Assembly: GCA_965219415.1 (NCBI GenBank)
Contig: CBDCNP010000002.1
Location: 2,976,001 to 3,040,000, forward strand
Length of the DNA stretch: 64,000 nt
From: Candidatus Marinacidobacterales bacterium
GTDB taxonomy: Bacteria > Acidobacteriota > Vicinamibacteria > Marinacidobacterales > DATDRI01
Direction of reading: 5' to 3'
Position numbers and translations under genes: made by a program. Positions 39,612-50,210 of this stretch are shown here, piece after piece. The notes under the pieces were generated by a model. That model was given only the letters and a program-made list of their open reading frames with translations, ran no database searches and was not told where the DNA came from. Each line of letters opens with the position of its first letter. The stretch's first letter is position 1.

Positions 39612-41891
39612 TCAACTTTCAGAAGGCACCTCATCGGAAGGAACGACGGGTTCCACCGACTTTTCCTTCACGGGTAACGGCCTAGGTGAATTTTCCTGAC
39701 GGAATGTATTCAAGAAGTTCATGCGGTCGTTTAGTCGAATGAGAACAGGATTGTGGCAAGTCGATGATTTACCGAACACAACGGCATGCCGCGCCTCCAA
39801 GCTGGACAAAACAGAGGCGTAGTCCCCGCCGATATAGTTCGACAGAAAAGATTTTCCCGTGTCGTCGAAGATTCGCATTGCGAAGATTGTGTTGCACTGG
39901 TTCAGAATCGTCTTTGTGACGTTCGCGGTCCGCTGGGTAACCAAGAGACACCCTAAGCCGTATTTCCGCCCCTGAAGAATTGCGCGCGCAGTTGCTGCCG
40001 TGGCTGCTTTATCGCCCTCCGCCGCGATTGAGTGCCACTCCGGGACCAGGGAGTGCGCCTCTTCGTATACGAGGCAAATTCGGGCCGTATCAGTCATGCC
40101 CATCTCCTGGGCGATCTCAAGGGCGCACTCCGAAATAATGGCCGTTATCTCACACGGTGTCAGAGATGCCATCGCAGCAGACCCCTGATATTGCCCTCCG
40201 GTCTGCTGCCAGACATCGTATTGGGTGGGGCTACACACGCGAAGGTACCTGCCGCTGTTAGGGTCCAGAAACTCACGCAGTTGCTCAGCCACCTTTGCCT
40301 TGAACTCCTTCTTGGTGCCGCCCTCCTCTTTGTCTTGATGTGATGCTCCTCGGCCACCAGTTGCGTTCAATTCGCTAAATTTCTGTTTCTCATAGTCCGA
40401 GTCGAGAAAGTCAGGCAGTTGCTCAGCGTATTGATTGGTAAGATCGAGGCAGATGACTTTGATGCTGGCTGCAATCATCCGCTCGACAAGTTCTATGGCC
40501 AGGAAGCTCTTACCGATTCCGAGGACGCCCAAGATCGCCGTGTTGTGGGTTACTGCTTCCGATATGTCGATTCCGACCGTGTAGGCCGTGCCGGGTAAAT
40601 GTCCGACAGCTTCCACTGTCGTCGCTGTTTCTTCGGTCCCCTTAAGCAGAACAGGTGCGTTTATGCGAGGCAGCCACCTGGCAGCTTCGAACTTCGTCGC
40701 ATCAGGGTTCCAACGGCCGATCTTTCGTGCTCTGGCTCTGGCATACCCGTACTTGTTTTTCTGTTGGACGATCTCCTCACGCGTGATTCCTTCAATCACC
40801 TGAAATAGTACTGGCTCACCAGCTATCTCAGCTTCGACCAAGCACCCCTCCGCTAGATCACGATCCTCGATAACCTCGAACTGCAGAGATTCGAGCGTGG
40901 TTCCTTCGTCCACAATTCCACAAAACTGTCCCATGCGTTTCAAGATCGAGGCGGAATCACTATCCGGAATATCGTGAGCGTCACGTTCTGAAATCTCAAG
41001 ACCGACGGCAACTCCGACGCCAACCGCAGCGAGTGATTCATCGATTCTCGGCTGAAGGTTCGCTGGCACCGGAAATGTGAGCGACCGAAGCAGATTGCCT
41101 TCGTCGCGACCCACATAGTTGAGGGCAACGGCCAGTGTCTGCGAACCATGGTCGTCCAAGATAAGGAGAGGCGTGCCGCTTTCTACGCTGCCAGCATCAG
41201 GTTGTCGAATTAGCACTATGCCGGGGGACTGATGCGCAGCGATCACGCCGACGATACCGCTCGACCACTTTCTTGCCACCAGACCGTGTACGATACGCAA
41301 AAGCCGCAGTGCCCCCTCGACCGGGCCAAGCGCCACAATCACTGTCCACGTCCCGAGGATAGCGAAGACTTCCATCGGTCGCTCAATGTGGAACAGCCAA
41401 ACAGCGGCGAGGATCACGGTCGTGTAAATCACCGTCGGGCTGCCGAGTGTGCGCACTATCTTGTCGAGCCCAATCAACCACGGCCGCGCCCTTAGTCCAG
41501 CGGGGGCCCGAACTAACAGGACAAAGATGGATGTGAGCAGCACGACAGCACCGAACAGACCTACGATTACGACAACTGCAACGTCAGCCGAGGCTGGAGT
41601 GATTGCCAATGACGCGGCTAGCATCGCAAGGATAACGAAAAAGCCATTGGTGGCCGCGCCGGATGGCGGAGTGAAGTGCGGATTCAGCAATCGGCTACCG
41701 AAGAGCAGGCTCGCGGTTCCGTTGTAGAACCATAGAACTTTCGCAGACGGAAGAAAGCTTGGTTGGACCACAAAATAATGAACTACCATCAAGGTGATCG
41801 CGTAGAGAACCAACGCGATCACTCGGTGTCGGGCTGTGGCTTCAACCATAATTGTTACCAAATAGGTGACGACGACGGACCAACGTACCAC
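39612..41891 (-). CDS. HerA/DUF87-type ATPase with N-terminal multi-pass membrane domain
   Basis: About 6 hydrophobic helices in the first 200 aa; HNTAILGVLGIGKS Walker A, LVYEEAH Walker B, GRKYG...TQR; start abuts an IS1 MITE. Confidence 0.82.
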   Translation of the reverse strand: MVRWSVVVTYLVTIMVEATARHRVIALVLYAITLMVVHYFVVQPSFLPSAKVLWFYNGTASLLFGSRLLNPHFTPPSGAATNGFFVILAMLAASLAITPASADVAVVVIVGLFGAVVLLTSIFVLLVRAPAGLRARPWLIGLDKIVRTLGSPTVIYTTVILAAVWLFHIERPMEVFAILGTWTVIVALGPVEGALRLLRIVHGLVARKWSSGIVGVIAAHQSPGIVLIRQPDAGSVESGTPLLILDDHGSQTLAVALNYVGRDEGNLLRSLTFPVPANLQPRIDESLAAVGVGVAVGLEISERDAHDIPDSDSASILKRMGQFCGIVDEGTTLESLQFEVIEDRDLAEGCLVEAEIAGEPVLFQVIEGITREEIVQQKNKYGYARARARKIGRWNPDATKFEAARWLPRINAPVLLKGTEETATTVEAVGHLPGTAYTVGIDISEAVTHNTAILGVLGIGKSFLAIELVERMIAASIKVICLDLTNQYAEQLPDFLDSDYEKQKFSELNATGGRGASHQDKEEGGTKKEFKAKVAEQLREFLDPNSGRYLRVCSPTQYDVWQQTGGQYQGSAAMASLTPCEITAIISECALEIAQEMGMTDTARICLVYEEAHSLVPEWHSIAAEGDKAATAATARAILQGRKYGLGCLLVTQRTANVTKTILNQCNTIFAMRIFDDTGKSFLSNYIGGDYASVLSSLEARHAVVFGKSSTCHNPVLIRLNDRMNFLNTFRQENSPRPLPVKEKSVEPVVPSDEVPSES

Positions 41892-41906
41892 GGCGAACAG
41901 CAGCTG

Positions 41907-42151
41907 GGTGCTTCCGCCATCAAGTGTTGCTACGCCGTGTTTGAATGCTAGTGTCAGCTGGCCTGCCTGTGTCGGCGAACGCCACTAATAAGGATGTTGG
42001 CGTGCACACGAAGGCGTCTCTGAACGTCAGGCACCGTGTGGTCAGCCCAGCCCGCATCGCCGAAAGAACTGCGTCTCTCGAAATCGGGCCCCAAACTCTA
42101 GCACACGAGCGGGTTACGCGGCAGCCACCAACACTTGATGGCGGAAACACC
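41907..42151 (+). mobile_element. Intact ~245-bp IS1-family MITE
   Basis: TIRs GGTG(C/T)TTCCGCCATCAAGTGTTG; the interior resembles both ends of the 1200-bp IS1 element. Confidence 0.88.
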
Positions 42152-42243
42152 CTGAGAAGGAAAGGCTTGAGCGAGAGCTCGGCCCGCGCCGCCCACCTAG
42201 AGTGGCCGTCGCTACCGACGAATGATCTGCTGCTTCAGGAGCG

Positions 42244-42421
42244 CGTCCTGTGCCAAAACTCGGCCCTTTTGAAATAGCCCATAAATCAGCAACTTAGTGT
42301 CTGTGTTTGCGGCCGTGCCAAGGGCCGAGCGCGAACAAACGACGAGATCATGCAGGCATGGTCCCGGGAGACCGGAGACCGATCAAGTTCGGGGCGCGCG
42401 GATGAATAAATAGAAGGCACA
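42244..42421 (+). mobile_element. ~178-bp mini-element (same end pair as 215-361)
   Basis: Second copy at 47000-47176; retains the transposase start MISSFVR. Confidence 0.82.
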
Positions 42422-42704
42422 ACCGATCCAGAATCGAGGCGCGGGGCTGACCGCGACGTAGCGGGCCAGCATGTTCTGGTCCAGGTAGACTTGGGCCTCC
42501 TTGATGTCCTGACTTGTCTCGGATTCGCCCTCAATCAGGGTCCGGCAACGCTTGAGAGCAATCCTATTCCTCGTCGCTCCTCGGCTCGTTCTTGATGGCC
42601 TTGAGCCAGGCATAGTCTATTCAGCTCGATGATGATCTGTGCGCTACAAGCGCCGCCCGGCGTTTCCGGTCCTTGTGCTAATTCAGGCGCGTGACATCCG
42701 GTGG

Positions 42705-42926
42705 TCATCGCTTTTCGACTTGCCTGGCTTTCATCTGCATCAATTCATCGAACTGTTTCCAATTCATGCGGCAGCCGTAGGAAACACCCTTGGGAAACCA
42801 AACCACGGATCCTTTCGATATCGTCATAGTTCCGAACATTTCACCATCGCGCTTGATCTGAAACTTCACATCGCTGCGGCCTAAACTTCGTGCCGGCAGT
42901 TCGAAGGTCACATCGTGCATCGCCAT
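42705..42926 (-). CDS. Small conserved hypothetical protein
   Basis: GAGGAG RBS; 73 aa, beta-rich (GTMTISKGSVVW). Confidence 0.65.
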   Translation of the reverse strand: MAMHDVTFELPARSLGRSDVKFQIKRDGEMFGTMTISKGSVVWFPKGVSYGCRMNWKQFDELMQMKARQVEKR

Positions 42927-43299
42927 CTTTATCTCCTCTGGTTAGGTCGCCACAGTTCCATGAACGTTTCCCACATTGCGGCCAGCCGGAACGTCTCCAA
43001 CCTCGCCGTATGGCCCGCGCCCTGGTCGGCACGCCCACCTGACCTGACCCCACGACTTGGGTGGGAAGGAGCTTTCCAAAAAAACCTTTGGGATGTCATC
43101 GGCGGATTTCTCCGCCGAATTCAACCTCTTCTTGGAAAAACCTCTTGCCGATCAATTGGCCATACTTCCCAAGTATAATTAGCTCTTGTGGACGTGATCA
43201 AAAAGCTCGTGGCCCTCTCCTCGTCAAGCGCGGCTCTAATTCTGCCTGGTCACACACCAATCTATCCGCAAAAAGAGATGACCTCAACTCGTTTCAGGG

Positions 43300-44584
43300 T
43301 GTCCATCATCATTATTTGTCCGGGACTGGACTCTAGGCCCGGACCGCCCTCGAGCACATGCTGGAGAGCGTGGTCAGCGCGCGAGGGAAGGTGCTGAGGA
43401 CGAACTTCTCGGCGACCAGCCGAGTAACGCGAGCGACCAAGCTGACTCAGGCTGCCTCTCGCCACTCGTATCGATGGTGCAATCCACCGACTCGCGGCAG
43501 TGCGACGACTTTCGCCGTAGGAGACGGTCGGTGCGTGACCGCTCTCAAGCTCGGTGTGTCCTTGTTCAGCCCCAAGTGGCAACGGTCCTCGTGATAGTAG
43601 CTGATGTAAGCTCGCACGAGCCGGATGAGATGACATGCACCGAGAACCACGACGTGCTCGAGGAGCTCGCGACGGCAGCTGCCGACCCACCGCTCCGCAG
43701 TTCCGTTTTGCCATGGGCTGCGAAACGAAGTGCGAACGGGTTTTGTGCCCGTTGCTTTGATGAACTCGATGACCGCAGCGCTAAAGATGAAGTCGCGATC
43801 GAAGATGAGATATTTCGGAGCGGTGTCGTAGGGAAACGCCTCACGCAGTTGCTGAATAACCCAAGCAGACGTCGGGTGGAACGTGGCGTTGAAGTGAACG
43901 ATGTGCCGACGGCCGTGCTCGATGACGAAGAAGCCGTACAGCAGCCGGAGCGAAGCGGTGGGCACGGTGAACAGATCCATGGCGACGATATCGTCTTTAT
44001 GGTTGCGCAAGAAAGCCATCCATCGTTTCAGTTGGTCGGGCTCCGCGGGACGCCGCGGCAGGTATCGCGACACCGTGCTCTCGGAGATGATGAAACCGAG
44101 CTTGGTGAGCTCAGCATGGATGCGTGGCGCCCCCCAGCCGTCTTGCGCCATCGTGCGGACGAGGCGACGAATCTCGGGATCAATCCGAGGTCGACCGGGA
44201 TGGCGGCGCTGCGAGATCTTTGCCCAGTACCGTCGGAATCGGTCGCGATGCCAACGGGCCACGGTGTCCGCGTGGACGATGAGCAGGCGGCTCGCCCACA
44301 CGGGCCACGAACCTCGAAGGGCAACCCAGAAAGCCCGTTCCGTGTCGTCGAGCGGTGGGCGTGGGCGCTCTTTCTTCAGCGCCGTCACTTGCTGCCGCAA
44401 AGCGACGTTCTCCAACACCAGGTCGGCGCGGCGCCGACACATCGCCCGAATGGCACGGACGCCAAGTGAGACGAGGAAGACAACAACGTTGAGCATAGCG
44501 GCGGAGTTTCACCGTCTTCGGCCCAGAATTCAAGCGGAGCGTAAGTCCTTGATTTCGTGGGCGGAGCAGTTTTGACGATGCACA
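43300..44584 (-). mobile_element. Complete rve family B IS element
   Basis: Ends TGTCCATCATCATTA / TGTGCATCGTCAAAAC; intact transposase; no TSD. Confidence 0.88.
43447..44496 (-). CDS. Integrase-core (rve) DDE transposase
   Basis: WGAPRIHAEL, AMDLFTV, YLIFDRD, SPWQNGTAERW, HEDRCHLGL. Confidence 0.92.
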   Translation of the reverse strand: MLNVVVFLVSLGVRAIRAMCRRRADLVLENVALRQQVTALKKERPRPPLDDTERAFWVALRGSWPVWASRLLIVHADTVARWHRDRFRRYWAKISQRRHPGRPRIDPEIRRLVRTMAQDGWGAPRIHAELTKLGFIISESTVSRYLPRRPAEPDQLKRWMAFLRNHKDDIVAMDLFTVPTASLRLLYGFFVIEHGRRHIVHFNATFHPTSAWVIQQLREAFPYDTAPKYLIFDRDFIFSAAVIEFIKATGTKPVRTSFRSPWQNGTAERWVGSCRRELLEHVVVLGACHLIRLVRAYISYYHEDRCHLGLNKDTPSLRAVTHRPSPTAKVVALPRVGGLHHRYEWREAA

Positions 44585-44591
44585 CGCAAAG

Positions 44592-45105
44592 ATGATGACT
44601 CCTCCACTGAGGCCCGGCATGGTACCGCGGTTTCACGAAATCGGCCATGACGTCTTTGAGGACCTGTGTCGAGAATTGGTGCAGGAGGAAGATAACGTCA
44701 CAAGCGCCGAGCGCTACGGAACGCTCGGGCAAAGCCAATTTGGAGTCGATCTACTGATTGATTACAAGGACGGCTCGCTGGGGGCCGGACAATGCAAGAG
44801 TCATCAATCCTGCGATGAGGCGCTAGTGAGGGAGGCCTGCGATGATTTCCTAAAGCATGCTGCCCATTGGAGAAGGGAGGGCATCCGAACATTCATTCTA
44901 TTCCTGGCCGCCGACACGCGGCGGACACAGTTGCACGACGAGAGGCTCAAGCAACGCGCCAGACTGGAGCAGGAGGGATTCTCGCTCCAGGTTTGGTCCG
45001 CGGCTGTTCTCAAAAAGAAGCTGCGCAAGCAACGTCAAATCGTCCGTCATTTTTTCCCTTGGCTTGAGGACTACATCTGCGGCCCTTCGGCGGAACTCGA
45101 CATCC
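44592..45105 (+). pseudogene. N-terminal restriction-endonuclease-like domain of a large defence protein, truncated
   Basis: FEDLC.EL...YG..GQ.QFGVDL...QCK motif; cut by the element end at 45106. Confidence 0.75.
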
Positions 45106-46536
45106 CGTCCTGTGCCAAAACTCGGCCCTTTTGAAATAGCCGATAAATCAGCAGCTTAGTGTCTGTGTTTGCGACCGTGCCAAGGGCCGTAGGCTCTACA
45201 ATCGTCTTGGGCGGACGGGTCGTCACCATGCAGACGACCACCTGGTCGAGAGCGAATATCCAAGCGTGTTACTGAAGCTGTGTTTCCACACTACGCCGGT
45301 CTAGCCCACCGAGGGGCGACAGTCGCCGACGACAATCTATGCGGCACGGTAGTAGTAGTTGAGAATGCCTCCAAGTCGCTCTCGCGACACGACGGGGCCA
45401 GCGTCCTTCACGCTTGCCGGCAGAGGTGTGATGAGCTCGTTGCCGATGCCTTGGTGGTTCCGTTCTGTGTGATAGTGCACTACGTATTCGGTTACCGCTG
45501 TGCGCAGGTGTCGCTCACTGAGAGGTACGAAGCGGTCGAGACACTCTCGACGTATGGAGAGAACGAATCTTTCCGCGTATGCGTTCAGATTCGGACTATT
45601 GGCGGGAAGGCGCAGGGGCTTCACGCCTGAATCTCTCAACAGCCCACGTACCGCCTCGGTGAATAGCGGGTCCCGGTCGTGGATGAGGTATCGCTTGCCA
45701 AGGAGGAAACCATCCCACATGTCAGTGAGGTTTCTTGCCACCTGCTTCATCCACTCCCCGTTGGGGGCCGACGTTATCCCACCGATGCACACGCAGCGAG
45801 TGGCAATATCGATGACAAACAGGACATGGTAGCGGACGAGGCCGAACGGGTTCACCACCTCGACGGTGAACAGGTCTGTCGCAGCGATAGCGCCCCCATG
45901 AGCCTTGATGAAGGTGCTCCACGACATGCTCTTGCCCCGCTCCGGGGCTGGCGCGATACCGTGCTCGGCGAGGATCCTCTTGATGGTGTTGCGTCCGAGT
46001 TCATGTCCGAGGTTCTTGAGAGCGCCCTGCAGGCGCGTATATCCCCACGTCGGGTTCTCTCGCGCCACGCGCACAATGAGTTCACGGATGTCCTTCGCCG
46101 TCGGAGGTCGGCCTGAACTCCGGTTCTTGCTGCCATCGTACTTGGCTGCGATGAGGCAGCGGTACCAACGCAGCAGCGTAGCGGGTGTGGCAACGGACGC
46201 AATCTCGGCCAGCACCTCGCGGCCCAAAGCCTGAGCCTTGACGGCGAGCCTGCGCCGGTCGTCGTCCGAGAGCCTGAGACGCTTGCCCCGAAGCCCGCCT
46301 CGGAGCACACGGTTCTCCTCTCGCAGGTAATCAATCACATCCTGCTGCTGGCGGTTGACCCATCCAGCCAGAACGAGCAGTAAGAATTGCACGTGGTACG
46401 TCATGATGGCTCCGAAGATAACACCCTCGGGCCAGACGATTGTGAAGCCCACGGCCCTTGACTCGGTCGCAAAACACAGACTCTAAGCTGTTGATTTATA
46501 GGCTATTTCAAAAGGGCCGAGTTTTGGCACAGGACG
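45106..46536 (-). mobile_element. Complete rve family A IS element with ~100-bp TIRs
   Basis: Both ends begin CGTCCTGTGCCAAAACTCGGCCCTTTTGAAATAG; no TSD. Confidence 0.9.
45337..46404 (-). CDS. Integrase-core (rve) DDE transposase
   Basis: [55 protein letters not shown]. Confidence 0.92.
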   Translation of the reverse strand: MTYHVQFLLLVLAGWVNRQQQDVIDYLREENRVLRGGLRGKRLRLSDDDRRRLAVKAQALGREVLAEIASVATPATLLRWYRCLIAAKYDGSKNRSSGRPPTAKDIRELIVRVARENPTWGYTRLQGALKNLGHELGRNTIKRILAEHGIAPAPERGKSMSWSTFIKAHGGAIAATDLFTVEVVNPFGLVRYHVLFVIDIATRCVCIGGITSAPNGEWMKQVARNLTDMWDGFLLGKRYLIHDRDPLFTEAVRGLLRDSGVKPLRLPANSPNLNAYAERFVLSIRRECLDRFVPLSERHLRTAVTEYVVHYHTERNHQGIGNELITPLPASVKDAGPVVSRERLGGILNYYYRAA

Positions 46537-46751
46537 GGGTAAGGGGAGTAGCTGTTACCGGCGGCTTTCGCCAAGTGCCGGTTGTGATTCGCAAAAAAGA
46601 AGATCGACCAGAAGCACCCGACCATAAGCAGGTCTAAAATGGCGCAATCAACGCTGGATCGACTTTTTGAAAAGCACAGCTCCCTGCTGGGTGTCTTGGT
46701 CATTTCTCCGCCGTTTCCGGCATGCGGAATCAATCATCGCCGCGTCGGCCA

Positions 46752-46999
46752 TCACTCTGGACCCATCACCAAGTCCTCTAGAATCGCCACCGCGCTGCCG
46801 TGCTCGGTCGCTGCCACGGCATTCGCGAAGCGCGTATCAGCCGTCGCCAGCGTGGCGCCGATGCGATGCGCGAGCGCCAAGTAAACGCAATCGTAGACCG
46901 GCCTGTCGAGCGCAAGTGCAAGGCGGACCGCGTCCGCACAGATGAGCTCATCATCGGACCAGCGGATCGGCATTTCACGAACGGCAGCAGCCAGCACCC
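46752..46999 (-). pseudogene. VapC/PIN toxin C-terminal fragment
   Basis: ALRLA-like helix, RPVYDCVYLALA...LATAD.RF PIN motifs; 5' half replaced by the element at 47000. Confidence 0.8.
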
Positions 47000-47232
47000 C
47001 GTCCTGTGCCAAAACTCAGCCCTTTTGAAATAGCCCATAAATCAGCAACTTAGAGTCTGGTTTGCGGCCGTGCCCAGGGCCGAGCACGAACAAACGACGA
47101 AATCATGCAGGCATAGTCCCGGCAGATCGGAGACCGATCAGGTTCGGGGCGCGCGGATGAATAAATAGAAGGCACAGGACTTACCGCGAGTTGAGCGTTC
47201 CGTGGATTGTGACGAACGTCTTGAGCGAGTGG

Positions 47233-47345
47233 TGACCTGTCCCCCGAAAACTGGTTCAAATCTGAGTTAGAATCGGAACCGAGATAATGACCGTGAAGAG
47301 GAGCGGTCATGAAACGAACCCGTTTCACGGAGGAGCAGATCTCGC
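47233..47345 (+). mobile_element. IS3-family left end with orfA start
   Basis: TGACCTGTCCCCC end; GAGGAG RBS then MKRTRFTEEQI. Confidence 0.75.
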
Positions 47346-47348
47346 ACC

Positions 47349-47812
47349 GTGAGCTTGATAGCGGCCGTACTCGTTGCTTTTGGTTTAGGTTTTGACGCCC
47401 CGGCGGAGTGGGTGTCGAAGCCGTCGTCTTCTTCGATGCGCGTCGCCGTTTGGGAGCTCACCGGCGACGACGCTCCTGCCGAAGTCGTGATCTTTTATTT
47501 CGGTGAGGGGTCTGGAGGCGGTGTCGAAGCCAACCTCGCGCGTTGGTTCGGCCAGTTCGAGCAACCGGACGGCTCGAGCACGCGCGACAGAGCGACCATC
47601 ACCGAGCGCACCGTGAACGGACTCAAGCTCACTGTCGCAGACATGCGCGGGACGTTCGTTGCTCCGGTAAGGCCGGGAGCGCCGCAGCGCAACAACCGTC
47701 CTGGATACCGGATGATCGCTGCCATTGCTGAAGGAGGCGCGGGCCCGAAGCGACGGTGGCGAAATGGGAAGCGAGCGTCGAGGATTTTCTCTCGTCGCTC
47801 CGCCTCGAATAG
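47349..47812 (+). pseudogene. Conserved exported protein, small internal deletion
   Basis: GGGVEANLARWFGQF motif; frame shifts at GGGCCC near 47745 into EATVAKWE..FL.SL*. Confidence 0.6.
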
Positions 47813-47895
47813 ACGTTAAGGCGACTGGAATTTGAACCGAACGACAACTGATGCGTTCAACGACAACGCAGCCAGGCTGAGTGTGCCACGAACAT

Positions 47896-48201
47896 ATGAC
47901 CGCTAACAGTGAGAACTTGAAGCGCGCCATTCGCGGCAGCCACGCCTATCTTAACGCCAGCCCTCGAGTCGGCATAGACTACATCAGGCAGGTCATTAGA
48001 CCTGCCCTTCGTGATGCCATGAAGGAAGTCAAAGGCACTCTCTTGTCGCAGCACAATGTCGACCCCAAGGATACTAACGATGTCGTTCACTACACGAGTC
48101 TTCAGGTGCTGTTCGCCATGTTGCTCGGCAGAGCTGAGCCGAGCGGTCTTTCTGACAGATGCGGAAGTTTAAATCTCTGGGACAAGCGCAACGATTCTTG
48201 A
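47896..48201 (+). pseudogene. Possible DUF2971-like N-terminal fragment
   Basis: VVHYTS...LW...ND pattern followed by a stop. Confidence 0.35.
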
Positions 48202-48390
48202 CCGTGCATGGACTCGTTCAAAACCGCTTTCGCGTCGGACGGCATTTGTTGCAAGCCCGTCATCATCGGGAGCTAAGAGGCCGCGCTTTCATTGCTTGGC
48301 GCGAGGTAACGTGTGCCTGACGAAATCGCGAAGCGCAACAGTCAACAGGGACCAGTCTGGCTACAATGACACCAACTTGACAGTACCGTT

Positions 48391-50088
48391 ATGAACGTTG
48401 ATTTGATACTGGATATGGGTTTTCACGTAGTCGGCGGCCTGGGCATTTTCTTGCTCGGCATGAAGTTCATGCAGCAGGGCCTTCAAGTCATCGCCGGCTC
48501 CCGAATCAGACGCTTGATCAGACTGGTCACGTCCAACCGATTCCTGGCGGTGGGCATCGGGCTTTTCATCACGACCCTCGTTCAATCGAGCTCCGTCACC
48601 TCGGTCATGGTGATCGGTCTCGTCAATAGTGAATTGATGGTGCTCACCGAAGCCATCGGCGTCATCATCGGCGCCAATATCGGCACGACCATCACCGGAT
48701 GGATATTGGCGCTTAAGATCGGGCAATACGGCCTTCCGCTGCTCGGACTGGCTGCCTTCGGGTGGCTTTTCCTCAAGGCCGAAAAGCCGCGTTACTCGGC
48801 GCTTTCGATACTCGGGATCGGGATGGTCTTTTTTGGTCTCGAGCTCATGAAGGACGGTTTCGCGCCCGTTCGAGACCTTCCCGATTTCGCCGCCTTGTTC
48901 CATCTGTTCGAGGCGGTCGACTACTTCGGTGTCCTGAAATCTGCCCTCGTGGGCTGCGTCGTGACGCTCATCGTTCAGTCTTCGTCCGCCACTTTGGGGA
49001 TAACGATAGCCCTCGCCAATACGGGCGTGATCGATTTTCAAACTGCCGGGGCCTTGGTGCTGGGCGAAAATATCGGCACGACGATTACGGCCTATTTGGC
49101 GTCGCTCGGGGCGGACGACATCAACGCGAAACGTACCGCCTATTTCCACGTTCTCTTCAACGTTTCAGGCGTAGCCGTGAGCACGGCCCTGTTTCTTCCT
49201 GTATACCTGCCTTTCATCCAGAACGTTATCCTGGGCGGTGTGGATCCGAATATCCAGGACGTGGAGGGAAGCTTTCCTTACATGACGGCGGGGATCGCCA
49301 CGGTACACACCACGTTCAATGTGCTCGCCACGCTCCTGTTCCTTCCTTTCGTGACGCCCATCGCGAGCGTGCTAAAGAGACTCGTCAAAGACAAGCCCAA
49401 ACCTCCAAGAGCGAATTTGACCCATCTGAATTCCAATCTGGTCAGCTCGCCGTTGACCGCGATCGAGCAATCGCGCCATGAGATTCAGCGGACGGATCAA
49501 CATGTGAGGGACATGCTGAACGATTTGCGTCAAGTGATTTCTGACGATAGCAGCGACCGAAGCCTGGCCGACAAGATATTCGAGGAAGAGAATACGATTG
49601 ACGTCGTTCAGATCGAGGTCACGACCTTCTTGACCGACCTGCTTTCTGAAGAGCTGAGCCATGACATTGCCGAGGGGGCGCGGGCTCAATTGAGGTTGGC
49701 GGACGAGTTTGAATCGGTGAGCGACTACGTTTCGAACGTCCTCAAACTCTATCTGCGATTGCGAGAGGCCGACGTGCGGTTCACGGGCCCACAGCAAGAC
49801 GAGCTACTGGGGTTACATGACCTGATTGCCGGCTATTACGACGGCGTCCATGTGGGTCTCGAGAATCCATCCGCTGACTACTTGTCCGAGATTCGTCGAA
49901 GAAGCCGCGACATCACCAATGAAATAAGAGAGCTCAGAGATCGTCACTGGAATCGATTGTCCGAGGAAACGGTGGATCCATTGATCAGCACCTCCTATAT
50001 GGATATCGCGAATTCTTATCGCAGAATAAAGGATCACCTCCTGAACATCGGTGAAGCCGCCGTCGGCGGCAAAATCGTCAGGCGATGA
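48391..50088 (+). CDS. Na/Pi cotransporter family protein with PhoU-like tail
   Basis: Twin QSSS motifs, GANIGTT and GENIGTT; helical C-terminal domain. Confidence 0.93.
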   Translation: MNVDLILDMGFHVVGGLGIFLLGMKFMQQGLQVIAGSRIRRLIRLVTSNRFLAVGIGLFITTLVQSSSVTSVMVIGLVNSELMVLTEAIGVIIGANIGTTITGWILALKIGQYGLPLLGLAAFGWLFLKAEKPRYSALSILGIGMVFFGLELMKDGFAPVRDLPDFAALFHLFEAVDYFGVLKSALVGCVVTLIVQSSSATLGITIALANTGVIDFQTAGALVLGENIGTTITAYLASLGADDINAKRTAYFHVLFNVSGVAVSTALFLPVYLPFIQNVILGGVDPNIQDVEGSFPYMTAGIATVHTTFNVLATLLFLPFVTPIASVLKRLVKDKPKPPRANLTHLNSNLVSSPLTAIEQSRHEIQRTDQHVRDMLNDLRQVISDDSSDRSLADKIFEEENTIDVVQIEVTTFLTDLLSEELSHDIAEGARAQLRLADEFESVSDYVSNVLKLYLRLREADVRFTGPQQDELLGLHDLIAGYYDGVHVGLENPSADYLSEIRRRSRDITNEIRELRDRHWNRLSEETVDPLISTSYMDIANSYRRIKDHLLNIGEAAVGGKIVRR

Positions 50089-50210
50089 AGGTCTAGTGGC
50101 TGTCCCTTCCATTTAATCGATCCGAATGGATTTAGAGCCCGACCTCGGTAGGGTCTAGGGCTGGCGCGGTGCAAGGATGCGAATCGATGGCTGAAAGCAG
50201 CACACCATCC

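Noticed and set aside
43474-44575. Long antisense ORFs over transposases (also 22518-23666, 37677-38723, 52702-53401, 54640-55458)
   Set aside because: Shadow frames of GC-rich genes with no recognisable motifs
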